Of a stretch of DNA of 64,000 nt, positions 49,846 through 58,770 are shown in pieces. Position 1 is the first letter of the stretch. Each line of letters starts with the position of its first letter. The notes under the pieces were generated by a model. The model was not told where the DNA came from and ran no database searches. It saw nothing but the letters and a program-made list of their open reading frames with translations. Origin of the DNA: Bdellovibrionales bacterium (GTDB taxonomy: Bacteria; Bdellovibrionota; Bdellovibrionia; Bdellovibrionales; UBA1609); NCBI GenBank assembly GCA_965199825.1, contig OZ241329.1, positions 2,641,869 to 2,705,868 on the forward strand, written 5' to 3'. A program made the translations under genes and the position numbers.

Positions 49846-51921
49846 CTAGGCCACAAATTTGAGTCCCTTGTGCTCTAGAAACGACTTCATTTGTTGATGC
49901 TCAAGAGTTGAGAGATTGGCATCCCGGGCAAGAACTTCAAAAGCGGCATCGCGCGCCAATTGAAGAAGTTCGGCATCACGAATCAAATTCGCAATTTTAA
50001 ATCCAAAAAGTCCAGATTGCTTGGTCCCGAGCATCTCACCCGGACCCCGAATGGCCAGATCCTCTTCGGCAATGACAAACCCATCCGTGGTGGATTCCAT
50101 AATTTCTGCACGGTGAATCGACTCCTCGCTCACCGCATAGCCAAGCACCAACACACAAAAGCTTTTATGTTTACCTCGTCCGACCCGGCCCCGCAATTGA
50201 TGAAGCTGCGAAAGACCAAAGCGCTCGGCATGTTCAATCACAATGATATTTGAATTGGGCACATCCACGCCGACTTCGATCACAGTCGTGCTCACCAAAA
50301 CATCAATCTTGTGATCGCGAAACTCGCCCATGATTTTATCTTTTTCTTCCGCCTTCATGCGGCCATGAAGTAAACCCACCGAAAAATCTTTGAAGCGCAA
50401 TTTGTGAGCTTCGAATTCGGCCATCGCGTTTTTGAGATCCAATTTTTCGCTCTCTTCGACTAATGGATAAACGATGTAGGCCTGTCTGCCGCTTTTGAGT
50501 TGGGTTTCGACAAAATCAAAAACTTGAGGTCGTTTTGCCGCAAAAGCTTTTTTGGTCACGATGGGTTGGCGACCTTTTGGGAGCTCTCGCAAAATTGAAA
50601 CATCAAGATCCCCGTACACTGTCATCGCAAGTGTTCGTGGGATGGGTGTTGCGGTCATCACCAAAAAATGGGGCGAGCGGCCCTTGCTCTGAAGGGTTTG
50701 GCGCTGCGAAACTCCAAACCGATGTTGCTCATCAACGACCACCAGATTGAGATTTTTGAATTCAACATTTTGTTGAATCAAAGCGTGGGTTCCAACACAC
50801 ACATCCACTTCACCTTTTGCTAATTTCGAGTAGACCTCACGCTTTTCTTGCGGGCTTAAGGAGCCCGTCAACAGCGCCACCCGAAGACCCAACGGTTCAA
50901 GACGGGCTTTGGCATTGCGATAATGTTGATCGGCCAAAATTTCGGTGGGTACCATCATCGCCGATTGCATGCCGGCCTCGGCCACAAAACAACAACTCAA
51001 AAAAGCGACCATGGTTTTGCCACTTCCCACATCGCCTTGAACCAAGCGATGCATCGGATGTGCGGCTTTAAGATCATTTTTAATTTCGGCAAAAGTTCTG
51101 ATCTGACCGGCGGTCAATTCAAACTCCAAAGAGGCGGTCAGTTTTTGCGAAAGAGTGTCAGGTGTAAGAATCGGTTTTGCAATCTCGCGCTCGATTCCCC
51201 GCTTGCGCGCGGCTAACAGCAGTTCGAGCCAAAAAAATTCTTCAAAAATTAATCGCCGTTGAGAACCACTTGTAAACTTAAAAAGTTGATCGCTGATTTC
51301 GGGTGGTGGCTGATGAATCTCTTTGAGAGCTTCAGATCGCGGCATCAGATTGTATTTTTTGAGTAACCATTGGGGCAGCGACTCGACTTCGAACTCAGCT
51401 AAATGCTCGAGTGCGACCGCAATGATCTTCTTTAATTTTCCGGCCGAGAGCCCTTCTGTTTCGGTGTACAAAGGAAGGATGATGTCACCCGATTCTTCAT
51501 CGGCGGTAACTGGATGAATGTCTGGATGATGAAATTCAAGATGACCGCGATAATCTGTGACTCGCCCATTCACCCTCACCATTTGATGCGGCTCGAAGCG
51601 ATCAAAGTAGCCGCGATACGGAACCCGAAAAAATTTGCATGAGATGCGCCCTGTTTCGTCTTTGACAATCACTTCATACATTTTGCGTTTGGATCGACCC
51701 AAATTCATTGAGCGCGAAACCAAAATTTGCGCCTTTAAAGATACAATTTGATTGGCGGATAAGGTCGAAATGCTTTGGGCTTTACGGCGATCTTCATAGG
51801 CTCGAGGAAACCACTCAAGCAAATCGCCAATCGTTTCGACTCCACGTTTACGGAGCACGTCCCCCAACTTTGGGCCAACACCTTTTAAGTACTGAACAGG
51901 TGTGTTGATATCGATCGCCAT
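49846..51921 (-). CDS. recG: ATP-dependent DNA helicase RecG
   Basis: Wedge/OB N-terminal domain, Walker A GDVGSGKT, DEQHRFG, the RecG TRG-like motif GPGEMLGTKQSG. Length 691 aa. Confidence 0.95.
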   Translation of the reverse strand: MAIDINTPVQYLKGVGPKLGDVLRKRGVETIGDLLEWFPRAYEDRRKAQSISTLSANQIVSLKAQILVSRSMNLGRSKRKMYEVIVKDETGRISCKFFRVPYRGYFDRFEPHQMVRVNGRVTDYRGHLEFHHPDIHPVTADEESGDIILPLYTETEGLSAGKLKKIIAVALEHLAEFEVESLPQWLLKKYNLMPRSEALKEIHQPPPEISDQLFKFTSGSQRRLIFEEFFWLELLLAARKRGIEREIAKPILTPDTLSQKLTASLEFELTAGQIRTFAEIKNDLKAAHPMHRLVQGDVGSGKTMVAFLSCCFVAEAGMQSAMMVPTEILADQHYRNAKARLEPLGLRVALLTGSLSPQEKREVYSKLAKGEVDVCVGTHALIQQNVEFKNLNLVVVDEQHRFGVSQRQTLQSKGRSPHFLVMTATPIPRTLAMTVYGDLDVSILRELPKGRQPIVTKKAFAAKRPQVFDFVETQLKSGRQAYIVYPLVEESEKLDLKNAMAEFEAHKLRFKDFSVGLLHGRMKAEEKDKIMGEFRDHKIDVLVSTTVIEVGVDVPNSNIIVIEHAERFGLSQLHQLRGRVGRGKHKSFCVLVLGYAVSEESIHRAEIMESTTDGFVIAEEDLAIRGPGEMLGTKQSGLFGFKIANLIRDAELLQLARDAAFEVLARDANLSTLEHQQMKSFLEHKGLKFVA

Positions 51922-51950
51922 TTTGATTGTTTATATGTCAGAATAAATTG

Positions 51951-52877
51951 ATGTCCACTTCTTATTTCAAGATTCGCGTCGGAAGCCTCGGGGCCTTAGA
52001 GCCCCTGCCCTTTGATATTTTTGTTTTGATCAACGGCAAACACGTGCACTACTTGAGAAGCGGCGATTCTATTACGAGCGAAAAATTAAATTCTTTTGCA
52101 CAAAAAGCGGCCGATGTTTTGTTTGTTCAAAATGACCAAAAAGAAATTTACCGCAATTATGTTTCAAGATTGATTGCTTCAGATAAAACCTCACCGATCA
52201 TGAAGGCAAAAATTTTACGCGAGAGTTCGCTTGCCATGGTTGAGGAACTTTTTGAAACCGATGACGTCGGCCAGGCTTTGTCTGGATCCAAAGTGATCAT
52301 CAAAAGTTTTATGGAATTTATTGATTCCGATGCCGATGGCCTGGCCCATCTGATCGGCCTTTCAAGCCATGATTTTTACACCTACAACCACTCACTCGAT
52401 GTTGGGGTGTACGGTTTAGGCCTTGGCCAACTTGCGGGCTATTCGGGCAAAGAACTCCAAGAATTGGGCGAAGGCGCTTTGTTTCATGATATCGGTAAAC
52501 GAAATATTGATGTTCAAATCATTTGTAAGACTGGTCCTTTAAGCGAATCCGAATGGACCCAGATGCAGATGCATCCGCAATATGGGCTTAAGATTTTGGA
52601 TGAGCACAATGTGAGCGAAGGTATAAAGGCCTGTTGCTTTGAGCATCATGAAAGCTTTTTGGGCAACGGTTACCCGCAGCGCTTAGTTGGCGAAGATATT
52701 CATCCCATGGCTCGAGTGGTTGCGATCTGTGACACCTACGATGCCCTTACTACCAAAAGATCCTACAGCATGCCGATGACCCCAAAAGATGCCCTTAATT
52801 TTATGACCACCAAACTCTCGGGCCGCTACGATCAAAATCTGCTCAAGGCGATGTACGAAGTCATGTTTAAGATGTGA
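51951..52877 (+). CDS. HD-GYP domain protein (putative c-di-GMP phosphodiesterase)
   Basis: HSLDV...LFHDIGK (HD) and HHESFLGNGYPQRL (GYP). The N-terminal domain of about 130 aa is unrecognised. The ATG at 51951 is preferred over the TTG at 51927. Confidence 0.85.
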   Translation: MSTSYFKIRVGSLGALEPLPFDIFVLINGKHVHYLRSGDSITSEKLNSFAQKAADVLFVQNDQKEIYRNYVSRLIASDKTSPIMKAKILRESSLAMVEELFETDDVGQALSGSKVIIKSFMEFIDSDADGLAHLIGLSSHDFYTYNHSLDVGVYGLGLGQLAGYSGKELQELGEGALFHDIGKRNIDVQIICKTGPLSESEWTQMQMHPQYGLKILDEHNVSEGIKACCFEHHESFLGNGYPQRLVGEDIHPMARVVAICDTYDALTTKRSYSMPMTPKDALNFMTTKLSGRYDQNLLKAMYEVMFKM

Positions 52878-52892
52878 GCTACTAATAAAATC

Positions 52893-52926
52893 AAAAAAAA
52901 ACGTCCGATTTTCATCGGACGTTTTC
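52893..52926. terminator. Bidirectional rho-independent terminator between the HD-GYP gene and the PA14 lipoprotein gene
   Basis: aaaaaaaa-ACGTCCGAT-tttc-ATCGGACGT-ttt. The 9-bp perfect stem is flanked by an A-run on one side and a T-run on the other. Confidence 0.8.
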
Positions 52927-52952
52927 GCTATTTGGAGTAATGAGGCTAGCTC

Positions 52953-55343
52953 TTATTTAAAGAGAATGTAGACCCCACTCGACCCACCGACCTGGCCACA
53001 ATCGAGCATTGATGATCGCAGCACCAATGAAGTTCCCACTGGAACCTTTTCGGTCAAATCAATGGGTGGCACATTTGCCGATCCCGCATCGGCAAAGGAT
53101 TGGAATTGGATTGGCGTATTTGAAAGCCGAATCGTTCCATCTGATAGGCGCGAATCGCCAGTGCCGTAGCCCAAAAGATCGAGCGAGTAGAGGCTCTGCA
53201 ATTCAACAAACAAAAAGTTGTCTACCGCGATAGGGCTTTTTCCTTGAGGGTCGCTGCTCAACACCACTTGACGAGTTCCGACAAGATCAAAACCAATTTC
53301 TTTACTTGCCATCACTCGGGGGTGCGGTGTTTGACCGTCGTGGTTCGCCGCCAACATATCATTTCGCATTGGCGAAAATAACTCTGAGCTTACGGTCGAA
53401 ACAGAATCAGTTAACTTTTTATAATAACAAGTCCCACGACCGTCACGTGCAGGCACATCAAAGTCTGTGGCGGTAATCTCGACATACTTCTGACACGTAG
53501 TCACTGGAGCCGCACATGGATTTTGTACTGTCGATGGAAGCACAAAGTTTTTAGCGCCAAGGATTTTCCATCCTGAGCTCATCATCTTCTGCATTGGGTC
53601 TGTCATTTGACCATTTGAGTAGAAAACGTTATCGCCCACTTGGCCACACATTGTGACAGAATCATTATCGTAAGAAGAACATGAACCACCGCGAGCCACT
53701 TTTCTCCACATCAAAGTAAGAGCAATATAATTTCGTGGTCCTTGATAATACTTCAATTCAAAAGGCAATTTTTGACCGCGTTTTAATCTTACAGTGGTAG
53801 GAGCACAAGCCATTGCTGAGGAATGCAAACCATCACTCGAAATCAGAGTTTGCAGTTTTCCTTTTTTATCAGCCACTGACAAAACAGCTCCGTCATCCGA
53901 GATCATTGCAAGTTCGTAATCACCTTCTTGGTCGGTGTCTGAAAGGGCGAGTTGACTCTTCAAATCAAGCGCAAACCACTCAACCATTAAATTTCCGTTG
54001 GCATCTTTAAGTTTTGTGCCGTCGGTTGCGGTAAAGCCTTGATCAAAGTTGATTGTGGGAATTGAGATCGTGTTCAAAAATAAATTCGAAGTGACCTCTT
54101 TACCTTGAGTGAGCATCGAATCCACACTGCCCGCAATCGCTTCACTTCCTAAAATCACACGACCTTGAATTCCATTGGCCACAGAGATCGGTTGCGAATT
54201 GCCGTCACAAACTACGGGTGCAGATTGCGAAGGATTAGGAACCGGCTGTGCCGAAACGGTTGGGTCAGGTTGTGGAGTTGCGGTTGGCGATGGAGTAGGA
54301 ATAGGGTCTGCACTCACAGTGGGTGAAGGTTGTGGTACTGGATCTGCGCTCACACTTGGTGTGGGAGTAGGATCAGCACTGACACTTGGAGTTGGTGTAG
54401 GATCTGCACTGACAGTGGGCGAAGGTGTAGGTTGTGGTGGAACATACTGAGTTGAACAGATATTTGTCGCACCTGAAGGCAAAATAAAATTCTGTGGCGC
54501 GATCGCTTGCCAGCCACGCAGTAAAAGATTGTTGTAAGCATTCATCGGCGCACTTGGGCTTTGAGTCGCATCCCAAAATGCAGAATCACCGGTCATGCCG
54601 CACAAAGGATCGCGGTTGGTGTCTGAATTGTCTGTGCTGACTTTTCTCCATAAAAGAGTCAAAGCCACATGAGCTTCATTAGTTTGATACCATTTGATAT
54701 TTAAAGGCACCATCAAACCGTGAGTCATGTTCACCACAAGAGATGAGCAAGCAAGGCGAGATTGATGTAAACCATCGTTATTTACAACAACGGTGGCTTG
54801 TCCGTTAATACCAAGATTGAGGATTGATCCATCTTCAGAGATCAGCGCGAATTGGTAAAGACCTTCGGCATCGGCATCTTGAAGTTTTAATTGGCTATTG
54901 AGATCGAGCGCAATGTTTTGAGTCACCGGGCTGCCCGACGCATCCACCACCGCTTGGCCGGAGCTATTGATAAAGCCCCCGCTAAATGAAGTGGTCGGAA
55001 TGTTTAACGAGCTAAAATAAACATTAGAGCTCAGTGACTGCCCGTTACTGATCATGGTTAAGGCTGAACCATTTTGTGAGGAGCTTGCGGTATAGAGGCT
55101 TCCCTTCAAACCAAAATTTGTTCCCTGAGAGACTGCGACGGGGTCGCAGATAATGTTTGGATCGGTAGATCCAAAAGTTGAAATCGGTGTTCCAATTCCA
55201 CCTTGGTTGATCGTGCTTGTCGCCGCAACCGCAGATGAAAAGTTAGAACTCTGATCTGGCGGATTGCTAGATCCCTTACTTGTACAGCCGGCCATAACGA
55301 CCGCACTTGATATAAACATAATGACTTGATTTAAACGTCCCAT
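52953..55343 (-). CDS. Large lipoprotein with two PA14-like domains and a Pro/Thr/Ser-rich repeat linker
   Basis: The ATG at 55343 (RBS ggggagggg) gives MGRLNQVIMFISSAVVMAGCTS. There are two internally homologous segments of about 170 aa (..EGLYQFALISEDGSILNLG.. / ..EGDYELAMISDDGAVLSVA.., each ending ALTL(L/M)WRKV). They are separated by (SADPTPTPSV)n. Confidence 0.75.
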   Translation of the reverse strand: MGRLNQVIMFISSAVVMAGCTSKGSSNPPDQSSNFSSAVAATSTINQGGIGTPISTFGSTDPNIICDPVAVSQGTNFGLKGSLYTASSSQNGSALTMISNGQSLSSNVYFSSLNIPTTSFSGGFINSSGQAVVDASGSPVTQNIALDLNSQLKLQDADAEGLYQFALISEDGSILNLGINGQATVVVNNDGLHQSRLACSSLVVNMTHGLMVPLNIKWYQTNEAHVALTLLWRKVSTDNSDTNRDPLCGMTGDSAFWDATQSPSAPMNAYNNLLLRGWQAIAPQNFILPSGATNICSTQYVPPQPTPSPTVSADPTPTPSVSADPTPTPSVSADPVPQPSPTVSADPIPTPSPTATPQPDPTVSAQPVPNPSQSAPVVCDGNSQPISVANGIQGRVILGSEAIAGSVDSMLTQGKEVTSNLFLNTISIPTINFDQGFTATDGTKLKDANGNLMVEWFALDLKSQLALSDTDQEGDYELAMISDDGAVLSVADKKGKLQTLISSDGLHSSAMACAPTTVRLKRGQKLPFELKYYQGPRNYIALTLMWRKVARGGSCSSYDNDSVTMCGQVGDNVFYSNGQMTDPMQKMMSSGWKILGAKNFVLPSTVQNPCAAPVTTCQKYVEITATDFDVPARDGRGTCYYKKLTDSVSTVSSELFSPMRNDMLAANHDGQTPHPRVMASKEIGFDLVGTRQVVLSSDPQGKSPIAVDNFLFVELQSLYSLDLLGYGTGDSRLSDGTIRLSNTPIQFQSFADAGSANVPPIDLTEKVPVGTSLVLRSSMLDCGQVGGSSGVYILFK
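54304..54429. repeat. Imperfect tandem repeat (36+30+30+30 nt) encoding the PT-rich linker
   Basis: Units ggatctgcgctcacacttggtgtgggagta / ggatcagcactgacacttggagttggtgta / ggatctgcactgacagtgggcgaaggtgta start at 54340, 54370 and 54400. A 36-nt variant starts at 54304. Confidence 0.85.
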
Positions 55344-55699
55344 TTTCCCCTCCCCAGGGTTTGCACAATCCTCAAGTTGCAATCTGTTTGTCTGATTCAG
55401 TCGGTTGATGATGAGGAAATCCCCATAAACCGCAGACAACTTAGTCGATCATCAACTTTTGGACATTTTTTGCCACTTCAAACTGTCTCACCTTAAGAAA
55501 AACCAGCTAGAAATACCAAAACTTTGGTCTATAATCATTTAAGTTTAGTCGTTTGACGCGCCGATTTTTAAGTAAGTGATCAACTCTTTTTCAACCCAAT
55601 CATTTCTCTTTAGAATACTTTTTGTACCATCGCTCGCAAGCCTTTGGTCTTGACAGATTTGGCAACTTCTAGCTTTAAAGGCTTTTTGAGGGGTTGCTA

Positions 55700-56908
55700 A
55701 TGTTCAATGTTTTAAAGATGTGTTTGATCCTGTTGTGTTTGAATAGTTCAGCCACTGTGCTGTCTGAGCTTTTACCGTATCACAGCTATTATTTTATCAA
55801 GCCCGTCTCCGAGGATGCTTATCAATTTGAGATTTGGCTCCATCGCGGTAAAGAAGTGACACGTGCTTTTGTTGCAATCAAAGATCTAAAAGGCATTGCA
55901 GATCTCAAATTGACATCCTTTCGTGAGACTATCGCTAGACTCGACCCGCCACCTGAAGAGGTTATGGATTTTACCAAACGAATTTCAAATCCTGAAATTA
56001 AACAGGTTGTGAACGCCCTCTATGATAAAATTAAGACGCTCATTCCAGGTACAACATTATATGATGTCATTTATCGTGGGCGCTTTAAAGAAATCCGAAT
56101 TCATGAGGTGATCGCCTATAGCCCCGAGGGCTCTGAAAAAAGAGTCGGCATCCGATCGACTCAAGATTTTAAAGTGACTGCCCGCGGGATTGAAGCCTCA
56201 TCGAATTTGTCACTGGCTGAGCCCTTAGGCTTTGATCAGGATCTTTTAAATCAGACATCGCTAATCGATTTTGTATTGCCCTCTGAGGTTGAGGGTTCGA
56301 GTTTATTTGCTCCTCATCATGATGGGGAGACTTCAAGTCATCACAACGCATATGAAAATCTGCTCAACGCAATTTTTGAAGCGGTCTTTACACCGTCTCA
56401 AACAGAGTCATCACTTCAAAAGCAATTTGAAAAAATCAAGTCTGACCAAGGGAGTTCGGCCAAACAGCTCAAGCAATTTTTTTCGTTTAGCTTCCATGTT
56501 GTTGGATATGCACGATCTTCAACTGATGTGATCGGTGCAACGGTCAATTCTGCAATTGCGGCCCAAGATATTATCCAAAACTCTATTTATTTAGTGCGGC
56601 GCATTCCTCAGATGGGAATTGAAGTGACGATCTCTGGGGGCAAAGACGATTTTCGTGTGAGAGTGTCTCAAGATGAGTCAACTCAAATGGCCGAATACAA
56701 GCTTAAGCTTTCCAATCCGATAACGGATTCTATTATTTATGGTCCGATTTATTTAGTTTCAAAAGACCACACCCAAGCCCAACACGAATTTGATTTCGCT
56801 GGCCCGCATCCTTTTCGATTGATTCATGTTGAGATTAATCAAGACATGCCTGTTTTAATTAAGACTGGATTAGTCCTAAAGGACTCCTGTTCTTCGGCTC
56901 TAAAGTAA
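55700..56908 (+). CDS. Hypothetical exported protein
   Basis: Signal-like N-terminus MFNVLKMCLILLCLNSSA (the ATG at 55700 is preferred over the TTG at 55694). 402 aa, no recognisable domain. Confidence 0.55.
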   Translation: MFNVLKMCLILLCLNSSATVLSELLPYHSYYFIKPVSEDAYQFEIWLHRGKEVTRAFVAIKDLKGIADLKLTSFRETIARLDPPPEEVMDFTKRISNPEIKQVVNALYDKIKTLIPGTTLYDVIYRGRFKEIRIHEVIAYSPEGSEKRVGIRSTQDFKVTARGIEASSNLSLAEPLGFDQDLLNQTSLIDFVLPSEVEGSSLFAPHHDGETSSHHNAYENLLNAIFEAVFTPSQTESSLQKQFEKIKSDQGSSAKQLKQFFSFSFHVVGYARSSTDVIGATVNSAIAAQDIIQNSIYLVRRIPQMGIEVTISGGKDDFRVRVSQDESTQMAEYKLKLSNPITDSIIYGPIYLVSKDHTQAQHEFDFAGPHPFRLIHVEINQDMPVLIKTGLVLKDSCSSALK

Positions 56909-56925
56909 CTGCGACTTATCAAGTC

Positions 56926-56946
56926 AGGTGACTATTCTTGTCACCT
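56926..56946 (+). terminator. Weak hairpin downstream of the 55700-56908 gene
   Basis: aggtgac-tattctt-gtcacct, a 7-bp stem with no clear U-tract. It is listed only because it separates the upstream gene from the sigma-54 promoter. Confidence 0.3.
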
Positions 56947-57003
56947 CTGAAAACAAATTTAAGCCTGCATTGACCTGCTGAACGCTTATGTCGGTTTAGA
57001 CCG

Positions 57004-57019
57004 TGGCACTCCTATTGCG
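57004..57019 (+). promoter_or_regulatory. Sigma-54 (RpoN) -24/-12 promoter
   Basis: TGGCAC-tccta-TTGCg matches the consensus TGGCAC-N5-TTGC(A/T) exactly in both the GG and GC elements and in spacing. It lies 85 nt upstream of the ATG at 57104, in an intergenic region. Confidence 0.7.
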
Positions 57020-57103
57020 ATACCCATGTTGTTGAAGAGTTTTAATTAAGCTTTGCCGCTTTAAAACGATCTCGTTCTGAAGCGCTAATAACAGGAGTTC
57101 GAA

Positions 57104-57802
57104 ATGGAAGCCCATACTGGAATGATCTCAGGTCTCGCACAAGCCTTCGTAGATGGCGGCTTTTGGATGTGGATGATTTTACTAACTCATATTGCATCGA
57201 TTGCGATCATTGCTGAGCGCATCTCGGCTCTATATTTGACGAAGTCATTAGGCCAAAAAGATTTAGCAAAAGGTTTTGAAGAAGACATTAAACGTGGTCG
57301 CTTAGAAACAGCTTTGAGCAAAGCTCAAGCAATCTCAGCCTCACAACCCATCGGTGCAGTTATCGCTGCAGGGACTCAAGTTGCGATGGACATGGGCGGA
57401 CGAGAAGAAATCCAAGCGAAAATGGATGAGATCTTGAGCGTTGAGAATTCAAAGCTTGAGCGACGTACCGGATTCCTTGCGATGCTTGGAAACGTTGGAC
57501 CCTTGCTCGGATTATTGGGAACAATTCTCGGTTTGATACAAGCGTTCTCGGCTGTGACAAACGTCAACGCTGCTGATCGCGCTGTGAAGTTAACCCAAGG
57601 TATTGCTCTTGGTATGAACACAACAGCTTACGGTTTGATCATGGCGATCCCTTCACTTATCGCTTACGCGATCTTTGTTAACCGCCAACAGCGCTTACAA
57701 GAAGATTTGAATCAAGCTGCAGTAAAAGTTTTTAACTGGCTCAGCTTTAACTACGAAGTTGTTCCTCAGCGCGCTACTCGTAGCTCAACTAAAAAAGTTT
57801 AA
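57104..57802 (+). CDS. MotA/TolQ/ExbB family proton channel protein
   Basis: 232 aa with 3 TM spans. The conserved C-terminal block is LGNVGPLLGLLGTILGLIQAF......A..GIALGMNTTAYGL. Confidence 0.88.
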   Translation: MEAHTGMISGLAQAFVDGGFWMWMILLTHIASIAIIAERISALYLTKSLGQKDLAKGFEEDIKRGRLETALSKAQAISASQPIGAVIAAGTQVAMDMGGREEIQAKMDEILSVENSKLERRTGFLAMLGNVGPLLGLLGTILGLIQAFSAVTNVNAADRAVKLTQGIALGMNTTAYGLIMAIPSLIAYAIFVNRQQRLQEDLNQAAVKVFNWLSFNYEVVPQRATRSSTKKV

Positions 57803-57810
57803 GGTGATTT

Positions 57811-58263
57811 ATGCGTCACAAACCAGAAATGAATTTTGAAATTAACTTGTTACCGATGATCGATATTCTCTCTGTCTGTATTAGCTTTTTGCTCTTTGCA
57901 ACAGTTTGGCTACACATCGGTACCTTTAATACAAAGCAAGCTCTGGGCACGGATGGCGCAGAGACGGCAAAAAATCCGCCGTCACTTTGGGTGCAGTTTC
58001 AAGAAAACGGCACTGTTGAACTGACTTTGAAAGATGCAGCACAAGCGCCAAAACAACTTCAGCGCTTAGTGCTCTCAAGTCGCGGTGGACATGTAGATGC
58101 TCAAGGTCTTGAGCAGTTTACATCGCAACTCAAAAGCCAACTTCCAACTTTGGATGTAGCTCTTGTGATGCCCACAGCGAAATCGGCTTACGAAGATGTG
58201 ATTACAGTGATGGATACTTTGAAAAAACGCGACGTGAAACAAATCGGCATTGCGCCCTTGTAA
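57811..58263 (+). CDS. ExbD/TolR family biopolymer transport protein
   Basis: N-terminal EINLLPMIDILSVCISFLLF (typical ExbD TM with Asp) and a periplasmic alpha/beta domain. 150 aa. Confidence 0.8.
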   Translation: MRHKPEMNFEINLLPMIDILSVCISFLLFATVWLHIGTFNTKQALGTDGAETAKNPPSLWVQFQENGTVELTLKDAAQAPKQLQRLVLSSRGGHVDAQGLEQFTSQLKSQLPTLDVALVMPTAKSAYEDVITVMDTLKKRDVKQIGIAPL

Positions 58264-58269
58264 GAGGAA

Positions 58270-58770
58270 ATGAAAATGCAAACGCTCGAAACACAACATT
58301 TAAACTCTGAGATTGATAACGGATCGATCCTTGGTTCACAGTCCACTCTTAAACCTAAAGGGTTTAAAGTCGAAAAACCAATGGCAACCGTCCTTAACTT
58401 AACCTCACTGATCGATGCTTTTACCATTCTTGTGAGCTATTTATTAATGGCTGCAAGTATCGGTTTAGAAACCATCGATATGCCAAAAGATATGCAGCTT
58501 CCAAACGCTGCAAAGAGTGACGTCCTTGAAAGAGGAATCGTTATTCGTATCACAGACAACCAATATTTTATCGATGATAAGCCAGTGGCAATGGATCAAA
58601 TGGGTCCACAACTCGCAGAATTGAAAAAATCTGTTGGAGCTGACAAGCCAGTGATCATCCAAGCTGATCGCCGCACTAACTTTATGCAAATCAACCCGAT
58701 TGTTCTTTCAGGACTTCAAGCCGGTTTTGCTCAGATTCGTTTCGCAGTTAAACAGGAGGATTCAAATTGA
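58270..58770 (+). CDS. ExbD/TolR family biopolymer transport protein (second copy)
   Basis: LNLTSLIDAFTILVSYLL TM with Asp, and IIQADRRTNFMQINPIVLSGLQAGF in the periplasmic domain. Confidence 0.75.
   Translation: MKMQTLETQHLNSEIDNGSILGSQSTLKPKGFKVEKPMATVLNLTSLIDAFTILVSYLLMAASIGLETIDMPKDMQLPNAAKSDVLERGIVIRITDNQYFIDDKPVAMDQMGPQLAELKKSVGADKPVIIQADRRTNFMQINPIVLSGLQAGFAQIRFAVKQEDSN

Noticed and set aside
53067-53079. tggcacatttgcc, a sigma-54-like sequence.
   Set aside because: The spacing between TGGCAC and TTGC is 2 nt instead of 5, and the site lies inside a coding region.
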